Assembly (NCBI GenBank): GCA_963674595.2
Contig: CAXXFV010000001.1
Span: forward strand, 32,001 to 96,000
Reading direction: 5' to 3'
Length of the DNA stretch: 64,000 nt
Source: a bacterium
Lineage (GTDB): Bacteria; Zhuqueibacterota; Zhuqueibacteria; Residuimicrobiales; Krinioviventaceae
The notes below the pieces were generated by a model, which saw nothing but the letters and a program-made list of their open reading frames with translations, did not search any database and was not told the DNA's origin. Shown piece after piece: positions 19,573 to 28,617 of the stretch. Each line of letters begins with the position of its first letter. Position 1 is the first letter of the stretch. A program made the translations under genes and the position numbers.

Positions 19573-19610
19573 AAAAAAAAGCCTGCAACTTTCTAGTTGC
19601 AGGCTTTTTT
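19573..19610 (+). terminator. Intrinsic terminator (possibly bidirectional)
   Basis: A8-GCCTGCAACT-TTCT-AGTTGCAGGC-T6; perfect 10-bp stem. Confidence 0.9.
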
Positions 19611-19714
19611 AATATAAGCTTGTCTCAAATTGAGATGTTGATTTTAATAAAAGAATCTTGTACTTTTTAAAATAGAAAAATTGACTGATAAATTATACTA
19701 AAGGTAATAGTGAT

Positions 19715-20926
19715 ATGAAGCCTATATACATGGACCATCATGCAACAACGCCTCTGGATCCCGAGGTCCTCGAAGCAATGATGCCATATTTTACGGAACA
19801 TTTTGGAAATCCTTCCAGTAATACACATATTTATGGTCATGAAGCACGAAATGCTGTTGAAGCTGCCCGTAAACAAATAGCTGATTTAATTGGGGCTGCC
19901 GGACCGGATGAAATTATTTTTACAAGTGGGGCCACAGAAGCTGATAATCTTGCTTTAAAGGGATTGGCCTTTCGAAACAATAACAACAAGGGCCATATTA
20001 TTACCATTGCTACGGAGCACAAGGCCATTCTGGATACGGTTAAAAAACTCAAACAGCAGGGAATTGAAACGAGTTTTATTAAACTGGATGAGTATGGATT
20101 AATTGATATGGAGGATTTGAAAAATCAAATTCGACCTGAAACCATATTAATATCTGTTCAGGCTGCAAACAGCGAAATAGGGACCATCCAACCCATTCGT
20201 GAAATCGGTGAAATTGCCCGAAAAAATAATATTCCTTTTCATTCCGATGCTGTGCAGGCTATCGGGAAATTTGATGTCAATGTTCAACGAGACAAAATTG
20301 ACATGTTGTCAATATCTGCTCATAAAATGTATGGCCCTAAAGGTATCGGCGCATTGTATGTTAAAAAGGGTATTCGACTAAGTGCGTTAATAGACGGCGG
20401 CGGTCATGAACGTGGAATGCGGTCCGGTACGTTAAACGTTCCGGCTATTGTTGGCTTTGGCAAAGCCTGTGAGATTGCAAAACGTGATCTTGCAGCCGAA
20501 TCTAAAAGACTGTTGGAACTCCGAAATTATTTGTCTTCTCAAATCCAGGAACGAATTGACTATGTCAAGTTGAACGGTCATCCGGAAAAACGCCTTGTAA
20601 ATAATTTAAATTTCAGTTTTGCATTTGTGGAAGGCGAATCACTTATTCTTTCATGCAGAGACGTTGCACTTTCATCCGGCTCTGCCTGTACGTCAACGGC
20701 TTTACAGTCTTCCTATGTATTAAAAGCTATTGGTCTGCAGGATTCCCTGGCTCATTGTTCCATTCGTTTTGGTTTGGGCAAATCCAACACAAAAGAGCAA
20801 GTTGACATACTTTTAGACCTTTTGGAAAAAAATGTAAAAAGACTTCGAGAAATGTCGCCTTTGTATGATATGGCTAAAGAAGGGATTGATATAGACAAGG
20901 TGAATTGGGCGCCCCATTCTCATTAA
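19715..20926 (+). CDS. iscS: Cysteine desulfurase IscS
   Basis: YMDHHATTP, SAHKMYGPKG, SSGSACTS, RLREMSPLY. Confidence 0.95.
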   Translation: MKPIYMDHHATTPLDPEVLEAMMPYFTEHFGNPSSNTHIYGHEARNAVEAARKQIADLIGAAGPDEIIFTSGATEADNLALKGLAFRNNNNKGHIITIATEHKAILDTVKKLKQQGIETSFIKLDEYGLIDMEDLKNQIRPETILISVQAANSEIGTIQPIREIGEIARKNNIPFHSDAVQAIGKFDVNVQRDKIDMLSISAHKMYGPKGIGALYVKKGIRLSALIDGGGHERGMRSGTLNVPAIVGFGKACEIAKRDLAAESKRLLELRNYLSSQIQERIDYVKLNGHPEKRLVNNLNFSFAFVEGESLILSCRDVALSSGSACTSTALQSSYVLKAIGLQDSLAHCSIRFGLGKSNTKEQVDILLDLLEKNVKRLREMSPLYDMAKEGIDIDKVNWAPHSH

Positions 20927-20955
20927 ATATTAAATTATAAAAGAGAGAGATTTAT

Positions 20956-21342
20956 ATGGATGTTTGGGATGATTATACAGAAAAAGTAATGGAACATTAT
21001 GAAAATCCAAAAAATGTCGGCGTTGTGGAAAATGCCAACGGCGTCGGTGTTGTTGGAAACCCTGCCTGCGGCGATGTTATGAAATTGACCGTAAGAATTG
21101 AAGACGGTGTCATTAAAGACGCCAAGTTTAAAACATTTGGATGCGGTGCCGCTATTGCCACCAGTTCCATGGTTACGGAAATGATTAAAGGTAAAAGTGT
21201 TGCAGAGGCTTTGAGTGTTTCAAACAAATCTGTTGCAGAAGCATTGGGGGGACTACCAAAGGTTAAAATGCATTGTTCTGTCCTTGCGGAAGATGCATTA
21301 AAAGCGGCCATCGATGACTATAACAAAAATCAGAACGAATAA
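20956..21342 (+). CDS. iscU: Fe-S scaffold IscU/NifU-N
   Basis: GNPACGDVM, KTFGCGAAIA, LPKVKMHCSVLA. Confidence 0.95.
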   Translation: MDVWDDYTEKVMEHYENPKNVGVVENANGVGVVGNPACGDVMKLTVRIEDGVIKDAKFKTFGCGAAIATSSMVTEMIKGKSVAEALSVSNKSVAEALGGLPKVKMHCSVLAEDALKAAIDDYNKNQNE

Positions 21343-21367
21343 AAAGATTGCGAGACCTGGAGGCATT

Positions 21368-21574
21368 ATGAGTGAATATAAATTATATAAAGTTTATCAC
21401 CTGAGCGAAAAATCATGCTGGAATTTACGGGTTGCCAAATCCCCGGAAGAAGCGTTGACCCATTGTATCAATCATCCTCACGATAAACGTCCGGATGATG
21501 CGGCTGACAGGAGCTGCCGTGCAGAAGAGGTGAAAATAAACGGTTATACCATCAAAGTAACAAAAGATGAGTAA
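21368..21574 (+). CDS. Small hypothetical protein (68 aa, 3 Cys)
   Basis: GGAGG RBS before ATG 21368; directly follows iscU. Confidence 0.6.
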   Translation: MSEYKLYKVYHLSEKSCWNLRVAKSPEEALTHCINHPHDKRPDDAADRSCRAEEVKINGYTIKVTKDE

Positions 21575-21746
21575 AAAATCCTTCTGACAATGTATATTAA
21601 ATAAAATTCTTAATAATTTTGGAAATAAATGGGTAGATTTTGGGGTTTACAAATTCGAATTATCTGACGATTTTTTGTAATGTTGGATAGTTTGATTTTA
21701 AATGTCCGCTACCCGGATGTGAAATCGAGTTTGACGGAGAGTATTG

Positions 21747-22931
21747 ATGAAACCTTTTTTAGTTAAAGACAATGTTTACTGGATAGGCGCGCTGCACCCG
21801 GATTTAAAGGTTTTTGATATTATTATGGAAACCAAAAACGGAACGACCTATAATAGTTATCTGATTAAAGATGAAAAAATAGCCATTGTTGATACGGTAA
21901 AAGAAAAATTTTCTGAGCAATATATTGAGCATATTAAAAGTTTAATCGATCCTGAAAAAATTGATTATATTATAGTACATCATACCGAACCGGACCATTC
22001 CGGAAGTTTGATTAAATTACTGGAAATTGCACCAAACGCCCAGGTTGTTTGTGCGAACCCTGCTGTGAAATATGTTTTAAGTACAATCAACAGGGACGTG
22101 AATCCCATGGGTGTAAAAAATGGAGATACACTGTCATTAGGTGAAAAAACGCTGACATTTTTATCAACACCTTTTTTGCACTGGCCGGATACGATGATGA
22201 CCTATATTGAAAAAGATAAACTATTATTTTCATGTGATGTTTTTGCTTCCCACTTTTGTGACAGCAAAATGGTGGACAAAGACATTGACAGAGATTTTTG
22301 GCCGGATGTCAAATATTATTTTGAAATGATTATGAGACCGTTCAAAAAGAATATAAGAAATGCTTTGAAAAAGATTGAGCCCCTTGAGGTTGATGCTATT
22401 GCCACGTCTCATGGACCAGTCCTCAAGGCGGATGTTCAAAAATATATTCAGGCTTATTCCGAATGGTCACAGGAGACTGAAAAAAATGATCCGTCACAGG
22501 TCCTTGTGTACTATGCCAGTGCTCACGGAAATACGGCTAAAATGGCGGAAAAAATTGCCGAAGGCGCCCGTTCTCTCGGATGCAAGGTAGACGTTTATGA
22601 TGCTGAAAATTTGAACATTGCCGAACACCTGGATAGTCTGGAAGCGGCAGATGCTGTTTTATTTGGTTCCCCCACGATTAATAATGATGTTGTTAAACCT
22701 GTTTGGGACGTTTTAAACAGCCTTGCGACACTGGATATGAAAGGAAAAATCGGTGCCGCATTCGGTTCAATGGGCTGGAGCGGAGAAGCCGTTAAATTTA
22801 TCGATGAACGATTACAAGCATTAAAGTTTAAAGTTCCTGTAGAAGGAATGAGTGCTGTTTTGGTGCCAAGTGATGACGAACTGAAACAATGTTTTGACTT
22901 TGGTGTTGAAATAGCAAAATCTGTAAATTAG
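21747..22931 (+). CDS. fprA: Flavodiiron protein (FprA / A-type flavoprotein, O2 or NO reductase)
   Basis: GTTYNSYLI, HTEPDHSG, LHWPD, flavodoxin domain SAHGNT and GSMGWSGE. Confidence 0.92.
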   Translation: MKPFLVKDNVYWIGALHPDLKVFDIIMETKNGTTYNSYLIKDEKIAIVDTVKEKFSEQYIEHIKSLIDPEKIDYIIVHHTEPDHSGSLIKLLEIAPNAQVVCANPAVKYVLSTINRDVNPMGVKNGDTLSLGEKTLTFLSTPFLHWPDTMMTYIEKDKLLFSCDVFASHFCDSKMVDKDIDRDFWPDVKYYFEMIMRPFKKNIRNALKKIEPLEVDAIATSHGPVLKADVQKYIQAYSEWSQETEKNDPSQVLVYYASAHGNTAKMAEKIAEGARSLGCKVDVYDAENLNIAEHLDSLEAADAVLFGSPTINNDVVKPVWDVLNSLATLDMKGKIGAAFGSMGWSGEAVKFIDERLQALKFKVPVEGMSAVLVPSDDELKQCFDFGVEIAKSVN

Positions 22932-22955
22932 ATCATAAATATATATGAGGAAAAA

Positions 22956-24353
22956 ATGACTGAAAAATATGATCTTGTTGTTATTGGTTCCGGACCTGGT
23001 GGTTATGTTGCCGCTATACGGGCCGCTCAATTGGGTATGAAAACAGCTATTGTTGAAAAAGCTGAAATTGGCGGTATTTGTTTAAACTGGGGCTGCATTC
23101 CAACCAAGGCTTTATTGCATAGCGCCGGTTTGTATGAGCAAATGAAAAAGTCTAAAAATTTTGGCATCGTTACATCAGATGTTAATGTTGATTTTACCCA
23201 AATGGTTAAAAACAGCCGTAGTGTTGCAAACCGACTTTCCAAAGGTATTGAATTTCTCTTTCGAAAAAATAAAATTGATACAATCGTTGGGACCGGTAAA
23301 ATTTTAGCTAAAAATCAGGTTGAAGTAACGACCCCTGAAAACGAAAAAAAGATTGTTGAGGCAAAAAATATCCTTGTTGCAACAGGCGCCCGGCCAAAAA
23401 CAATTCCCGGATTGGAATATGACGGCAAGCAAATAATAAGCAGCCGCGAAGCAATGTCATTGCCTGAGCAACCCAAGTCCTTGGTGATTATCGGTGCCGG
23501 TGCCATTGGCGTCGAGTTTGCTTATTTTTATGCAACCATTGGTACTAAAGTAACGCTGGTGGAAATGTTGCCGCAGATCCTTCCTGTTGAAGATGCTGAA
23601 GTTGTACAAGTTGTTGTGCGCTCTTTCCGCAAAAACAAAATCGATATGTTGACAAATACCAAAGTAGATAAAATTGTAAAATCCGATCAGGGTGTCACGG
23701 TCCATGTGACTGAAAATGACAAATCTACAGAAATAAAAAGCGATATGGCCCTTGTCGCCATTGGTGTGCAGGGAAATATTGAAGGTTTAAACCTTGAGGG
23801 CATGGGCATTAAAACAGATCGCGGTTTTATTGTTGTTGATAAAAATACTTATAAAACAAATGTTGATAATATTTATGCCATCGGTGACATAATTGGTCCG
23901 CCATGGCTGGCCCACGTTGCTTCGGCAGAAGGTATTGCCGCAGTTGAACAGATGGCCGGTGAAACCCCGACTCCTGTGGATTATGATCATATCCCCGGCT
24001 GTACCTATTGCCAGCCACAGGTTGCCAGTCTGGGTTTAACGGAAGCGCAGGCCAAAGAAAAGGGACATGATATTCTGGTAGGAAATGTTCCGTTTCGTGC
24101 CATTGGAAAATCTTTGGCAATGGGCCACAGCGATGGTTTTGCCAAGTTAATTTTTGATAAAAAATACGGTGAACTGTTGGGCGCTCACATTGTCGGCGCT
24201 GAAGCAACGGAATTACTGGCTGAACTGGGTGTTGCGAAAACGCTGGAAACAACAGCAGATGAACTTATAAACACGATTCACGCGCATCCGACACTTTCTG
24301 AAGTGATTAAAGAGGCTGCCGAGGCGGCATTTGGAAAGGCCATTCATATATAA
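22956..24353 (+). CDS. lpdA: Dihydrolipoyl dehydrogenase (E3)
   Basis: GSGPGGY, GGICLNWGCIPTK, HAHPTLSE. Confidence 0.95.
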   Translation: MTEKYDLVVIGSGPGGYVAAIRAAQLGMKTAIVEKAEIGGICLNWGCIPTKALLHSAGLYEQMKKSKNFGIVTSDVNVDFTQMVKNSRSVANRLSKGIEFLFRKNKIDTIVGTGKILAKNQVEVTTPENEKKIVEAKNILVATGARPKTIPGLEYDGKQIISSREAMSLPEQPKSLVIIGAGAIGVEFAYFYATIGTKVTLVEMLPQILPVEDAEVVQVVVRSFRKNKIDMLTNTKVDKIVKSDQGVTVHVTENDKSTEIKSDMALVAIGVQGNIEGLNLEGMGIKTDRGFIVVDKNTYKTNVDNIYAIGDIIGPPWLAHVASAEGIAAVEQMAGETPTPVDYDHIPGCTYCQPQVASLGLTEAQAKEKGHDILVGNVPFRAIGKSLAMGHSDGFAKLIFDKKYGELLGAHIVGAEATELLAELGVAKTLETTADELINTIHAHPTLSEVIKEAAEAAFGKAIHI

Positions 24354-24376
24354 ATACGAGTCATTGAATTAGTGTC

Positions 24377-26377
24377 ATGAAAAATGACAAAGAAAATCAA
24401 CTGATTGATATTTATCGCACCATGCTCACAAGCAGACGGCTCGATGAAAAGATGCTTGTTTTGCTGCGCCAGGGAAAGAGTTTTTTTCACATTGGTGCGG
24501 CAGGGCATGAAGCCGCACAGGTCGGTGCGGCAATGGCATTCAAGCCTGGATACGATTGGAGTTATCCCTATTATCGTGACCAGGCTTTTGTGTTACAATG
24601 GGGCGTTACGCCTAAAGAAATTTTACTGAATTTTTTAGCAAGGGCCGATGACCCTTCCTCCGGCGGCCGGCAATTGCCGCAACATTACGGACATAAGGAT
24701 TTACGGATTGTCAGTCAGTCCAGTCCCACCGGTACCCAGTATCTTCAGGCTGTTGGCACGGCCATGGGAAGCAAAAAAGACGGAACAGACCAGGTTGTTT
24801 ATGTTTCCTCCGGCGAAGGCGCCACAAGCCAGGGCGATTTTTATGAGGCGATAAACTGGGCCACCCGTGATTTGCTGCCTGTCGTTTTTTTTATTCAGGA
24901 TAATAAATATGCCATATCTGTTCCTAATGACCAGCAAACCGTGGGACGGTCTGTATATGATATGGTCATGGGATATGAGAATCTGCATCGTCACAGCATT
25001 AACGGTCTGGACCCTTTGGAATGTTACGAGGTTACCAAACATTGTGTTGAAAATGCCCGCACCGGAAAAGGCCCCAGCCTTATCGTCGCCCATACCGTTC
25101 GTCTTTTTTCCCATTCATCTTCCGATGACCAGCGAAAATATCGTGATTCACAGGAACTGGACTTTGAAAAAAGTCAGGATCCTATCGAGTCCATGAAGCA
25201 TTTTTTTATCAACGAAAAAATTTTAAAAACAGATGAGCTTGACGAACTGGAAAATGCCGTAAAAAAAGACATCGATACTGCCGCAGAAGAAGCGCTTCAT
25301 TCTCCTTTACCGGACACCAAAACCGTTAAAAGATTTATATTTAGTGAGAGTAATATAGATTATGATGATAAAGTAAAAAGTGTTTCTGAAAAGCCGGTCG
25401 TTATGGTGGATGCCGTCAATCATGCCTTGCGGGAAGAATTGGCGCGTGATGATAACATGCTGATATACGGACAGGATGTTGCCGGTGACAAGGGCGGCGT
25501 TTTTACCGTAACCAAAGGGTTGACAAAGGATTTTGGCATAGAGCGTGTATTTAACGCTCCTCTGGCTGAATCCAGTATTATCGGTACGGCAATTGGCCTG
25601 GCCCTATACGGATATAGACCGGTTGTTGAAATCCAGTTCGGTGATTATATCTGGACGGCCATGATGCAAATTCGAAATGAACTGTCAACCATGCACTGGC
25701 GCTCAAACGGTACCTTTACAGCCCCTGTTACGGTCCGTGTGCCTGTCGGTGGTTATATTCACGGCGGTTTGTGTCACAGTCAGAATATTGAAGGATTTTT
25801 TGCACATATACCCGGACTTGTCATCTGTTATCCTTCCAATGCGGCTGACGCCAAAGGATTGTTAAAAATGGCAATCCGCAGTGATGATCCGGTATTGTTT
25901 CTGGAGCATAAAGGACTCTATCGTCAAAGTCATGCCATGTCGCCGGAACCGGATCAAGACTATACCATTCCGTTCGGCAAAGCCGTTGTTAAAAAACAAG
26001 GCAAGGATGCTACCATAATTACCTATGGTGCGATGGTCCAAAGATCAATTGAAGTCGCTCAAAAAATGAGCAAGCAGGGTATTGATATTGAAGTAATTGA
26101 TTTAAGAACGATTGTTCCTTTGGATATGGATACAATTTTAAAATCTGTAAATAAAACCAGCCGTATTCTTGTTTTACATGAAGACACCTTAACCGGTGGT
26201 TTTGGTGCGGAAATTTCTGCTCGAATTTCAGAGAGTGCATTTGAGTTTTTGGATGCGCCTGTTTTACGTGTTGCCGCCAGTGACACACCGGTTCCCTATA
26301 ACTGGGACCTTGAAGCGGCTGTGTTACCTCAGAATGATGATATTGAACAAGCCGTTCAAAAGCTTGTTACGTTTTAG
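24377..26377 (+). CDS. 2-oxoacid dehydrogenase E1, fused alpha+beta (branched-chain type)
   Basis: TPP motif GEGATSQGDFYEAIN..QDNKYAIS; HSSSDD; beta part GQDV, PLAES, VEIQFGDY, HSQ. Confidence 0.9.
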   Translation: MKNDKENQLIDIYRTMLTSRRLDEKMLVLLRQGKSFFHIGAAGHEAAQVGAAMAFKPGYDWSYPYYRDQAFVLQWGVTPKEILLNFLARADDPSSGGRQLPQHYGHKDLRIVSQSSPTGTQYLQAVGTAMGSKKDGTDQVVYVSSGEGATSQGDFYEAINWATRDLLPVVFFIQDNKYAISVPNDQQTVGRSVYDMVMGYENLHRHSINGLDPLECYEVTKHCVENARTGKGPSLIVAHTVRLFSHSSSDDQRKYRDSQELDFEKSQDPIESMKHFFINEKILKTDELDELENAVKKDIDTAAEEALHSPLPDTKTVKRFIFSESNIDYDDKVKSVSEKPVVMVDAVNHALREELARDDNMLIYGQDVAGDKGGVFTVTKGLTKDFGIERVFNAPLAESSIIGTAIGLALYGYRPVVEIQFGDYIWTAMMQIRNELSTMHWRSNGTFTAPVTVRVPVGGYIHGGLCHSQNIEGFFAHIPGLVICYPSNAADAKGLLKMAIRSDDPVLFLEHKGLYRQSHAMSPEPDQDYTIPFGKAVVKKQGKDATIITYGAMVQRSIEVAQKMSKQGIDIEVIDLRTIVPLDMDTILKSVNKTSRILVLHEDTLTGGFGAEISARISESAFEFLDAPVLRVAASDTPVPYNWDLEAAVLPQNDDIEQAVQKLVTF

Positions 26378-26399
26378 GTTTATTTAAAAGGATAAGTAT

Positions 26400-27377
26400 A
26401 TGCAAACAGATGGTGTAAAGGTTTTGGAAAAAACAAAAATTGATCTTTACAGGCTGGTAAAAAAAACACGGGCCACAGAAGACCAGATTATAAATCTTTA
26501 CCGGCAGGGACATATTGTTGGCGGTGTTTACACCAGCCGGGGCATGGAAGCGACCACTGTCGGCGCTGCATTTGCATTGGAAAAGCAGGACTATTTGTTC
26601 CCCATACATCGCGACCTGGGTGCGCACCTGGCCAAAGGACAGTCTGTGCTGAATATTCTGCTGCAATATCTTGGAAAAGGAAATAACCTGACAAAGGGCA
26701 AGGACAGCGGCATACATGTGAGTGATACGAGTTTGAACATTATCGGGAATGTCAGTCATTTGGGCGCCATGATACCCTTTGCTGTGGGTGCGGCTATGGG
26801 CAAAAATTTGCAGAATGAAAAAGTCGTTTCCATGAATTTTATCGGTGAGGGCGGATCAAATATCGGTGATTTTCATGAAGCCCTTAATTTCGCCGCAGTG
26901 CAAAATATTCCTTTTGTTCTTATTATTGAAAACAATCAATACGCCTATTCAACCCCGACTTCAAAGGAATATAAATGCGAACGTCTGTCCGACCGGGCCA
27001 TTGGTTATGGCATTTCCGGTTATTATATAGACGGTACGGATGCTATGCAGGTTTATTCGGTAACAAAACAAGCCGTGGAAAAGGCCCGTGCCGGTGAAGG
27101 GCCTAGTTTGATAGAGTGTCGCGGCATGCGCATGATGGGTCATTCCGCGCATGACGATGCTTCCTATGTGGATAAAAATTTGATCGAAGAATGGAAAAAA
27201 CGAGATCCGATAAACAGGCTGGAAAGTGAACTGGTAAAGGAAAATATTCTGAGTGAAAAAGATATTCAAATGATATCTCAAGAAATTCAACAGGAAATTG
27301 ATGACGCAACGCAAGAAGCGTTAAAAGGCCCACTGCCCCAGGCAGAATGGGCCGCAGAAGGTGTTTACGCTAATTAA
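26400..27377 (+). CDS. 2-oxoacid dehydrogenase E1 alpha subunit
   Basis: GEGGSNIGDFHEALN..ENNQYAYS; RMMGHSAHDD. Confidence 0.9.
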   Translation: MQTDGVKVLEKTKIDLYRLVKKTRATEDQIINLYRQGHIVGGVYTSRGMEATTVGAAFALEKQDYLFPIHRDLGAHLAKGQSVLNILLQYLGKGNNLTKGKDSGIHVSDTSLNIIGNVSHLGAMIPFAVGAAMGKNLQNEKVVSMNFIGEGGSNIGDFHEALNFAAVQNIPFVLIIENNQYAYSTPTSKEYKCERLSDRAIGYGISGYYIDGTDAMQVYSVTKQAVEKARAGEGPSLIECRGMRMMGHSAHDDASYVDKNLIEEWKKRDPINRLESELVKENILSEKDIQMISQEIQQEIDDATQEALKGPLPQAEWAAEGVYAN

Positions 27378-27394
27378 AGAAAGAACAGATTGTT

Positions 27395-28369
27395 ATGGCT
27401 GAAGTGACATATCTCCAGGCAATTAACGAAGCTCTTTTTGAGGAAATGGACAGGGACCCTCAAGTGATCCTTATCGGTGAAGATGTCGGTCCCTATGGCG
27501 GGGCCTTTAAGGTGACCAAGGGACTTTATGAAAAATTTGGCGATAAACGGGTTATAGACACACCCATCTCCGAATCCGCTATTATTGGTGTGGCCGTTGG
27601 AAATGCCATTACAGGTATGAGGCCTGTTGCTGAAATTCAGTTTGCGGATTTTATAACAAATGCATTTAATCAAATTGTTACCAATGCCGCCACGCTTCAC
27701 TACCGTTATAGTATCCCGGTGCCCATGGTCATTCGAACGCCATCCGGCGGCGGCATACATGGCGGACCGTTTCATTCCAAAAACCCGGAAGCGTGGTTTG
27801 TGCATCAACCCGGACTCAAGGTTGTTGCGCCTGCTTTTCCTTATGATGCAAAAGGATTGTTAAAATCCGCTATCCGGGACAATAATCCGGTTTTATATTT
27901 TGAGCACAAGTTTCTTTACCGCCGGATTAAGCAAGAACTGCCTCAGGAAGACTATACCGTTCCCATTGGTAAAGCCGCCATTGTAAGAGAGGGTTCGGAT
28001 GTCAGTATCATCACCTATGGCTCTATGGTGCATGAGTCTATAAAAGCGGCTGACGAACTTGCAAAAAAGGGAGTGAACCCGGAAATTCTGGACCTGCGCT
28101 CCTTGCAGCCGATGGACCTGGACGCCATATTTAAAACAGTTGCCAAAACCAGTCGTGTGGTCATTGTTCATGAAGACAACCTGACCGGCGGCATCGGAGG
28201 AGAAATCGCAGCCCTTATTGCCGACCAGGGATTTGAAATGCTGGACGCGCCGGTTAAGCGGGTGGCTGCTATTGATACCCCCATGCCCTACAGTCCGGTT
28301 ATGGAAGAATATCACTTACCCAATTCAGCAAAAATTATCAAGGCAGTTGAACAAACTTTGGACTATTGA
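27395..28369 (+). CDS. 2-oxoacid dehydrogenase E1 beta subunit
   Basis: GEDVG.YGGAFKVT, DTPISE, EIQFADF, GPFHS. Confidence 0.92.
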   Translation: MAEVTYLQAINEALFEEMDRDPQVILIGEDVGPYGGAFKVTKGLYEKFGDKRVIDTPISESAIIGVAVGNAITGMRPVAEIQFADFITNAFNQIVTNAATLHYRYSIPVPMVIRTPSGGGIHGGPFHSKNPEAWFVHQPGLKVVAPAFPYDAKGLLKSAIRDNNPVLYFEHKFLYRRIKQELPQEDYTVPIGKAAIVREGSDVSIITYGSMVHESIKAADELAKKGVNPEILDLRSLQPMDLDAIFKTVAKTSRVVIVHEDNLTGGIGGEIAALIADQGFEMLDAPVKRVAAIDTPMPYSPVMEEYHLPNSAKIIKAVEQTLDY

Positions 28370-28617
28370 CAATGATAAAATTTTCCGAAAAGAGTCTGGA
28401 TCGATTTAAAGAAATAACGGCAACATTTCCAACCCGGGAATCTACATTTTTACCTGTTTTACAAATGGCCCGGAATGAGTTTGGGACTGTTAATCAGCAG
28501 GTGGTTTTATATTTGTCTGAATTATACGATCTGCCTGTAGAATATATAAATCAAATGATAGAACAGTATAAAATATTTATAGACCTTGACAAGGAAAGTG
28601 GAAAGGTTGTAAAATGA
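28366..28617 (+). CDS. Small protein resembling the N-terminal helical domain of NuoE/HydC, without the 2Fe-2S domain
   Basis: FPTRESTFLPVLQMARNEFG.V....LYLSELYDLP..I......Y.F resembles NuoE YP..xSAxLPxLxxAQ..G.....; contains no Cys; overlaps both neighbours by 4 nt. Confidence 0.65.
   Translation: MTMIKFSEKSLDRFKEITATFPTRESTFLPVLQMARNEFGTVNQQVVLYLSELYDLPVEYINQMIEQYKIFIDLDKESGKVVK

Noticed and set aside
19670-19705. IscR/Rrf2 operator upstream of iscS
   Set aside because: Only a TTGACT half-site without the matching AGTCAA arm, and no Rrf2 gene nearby.
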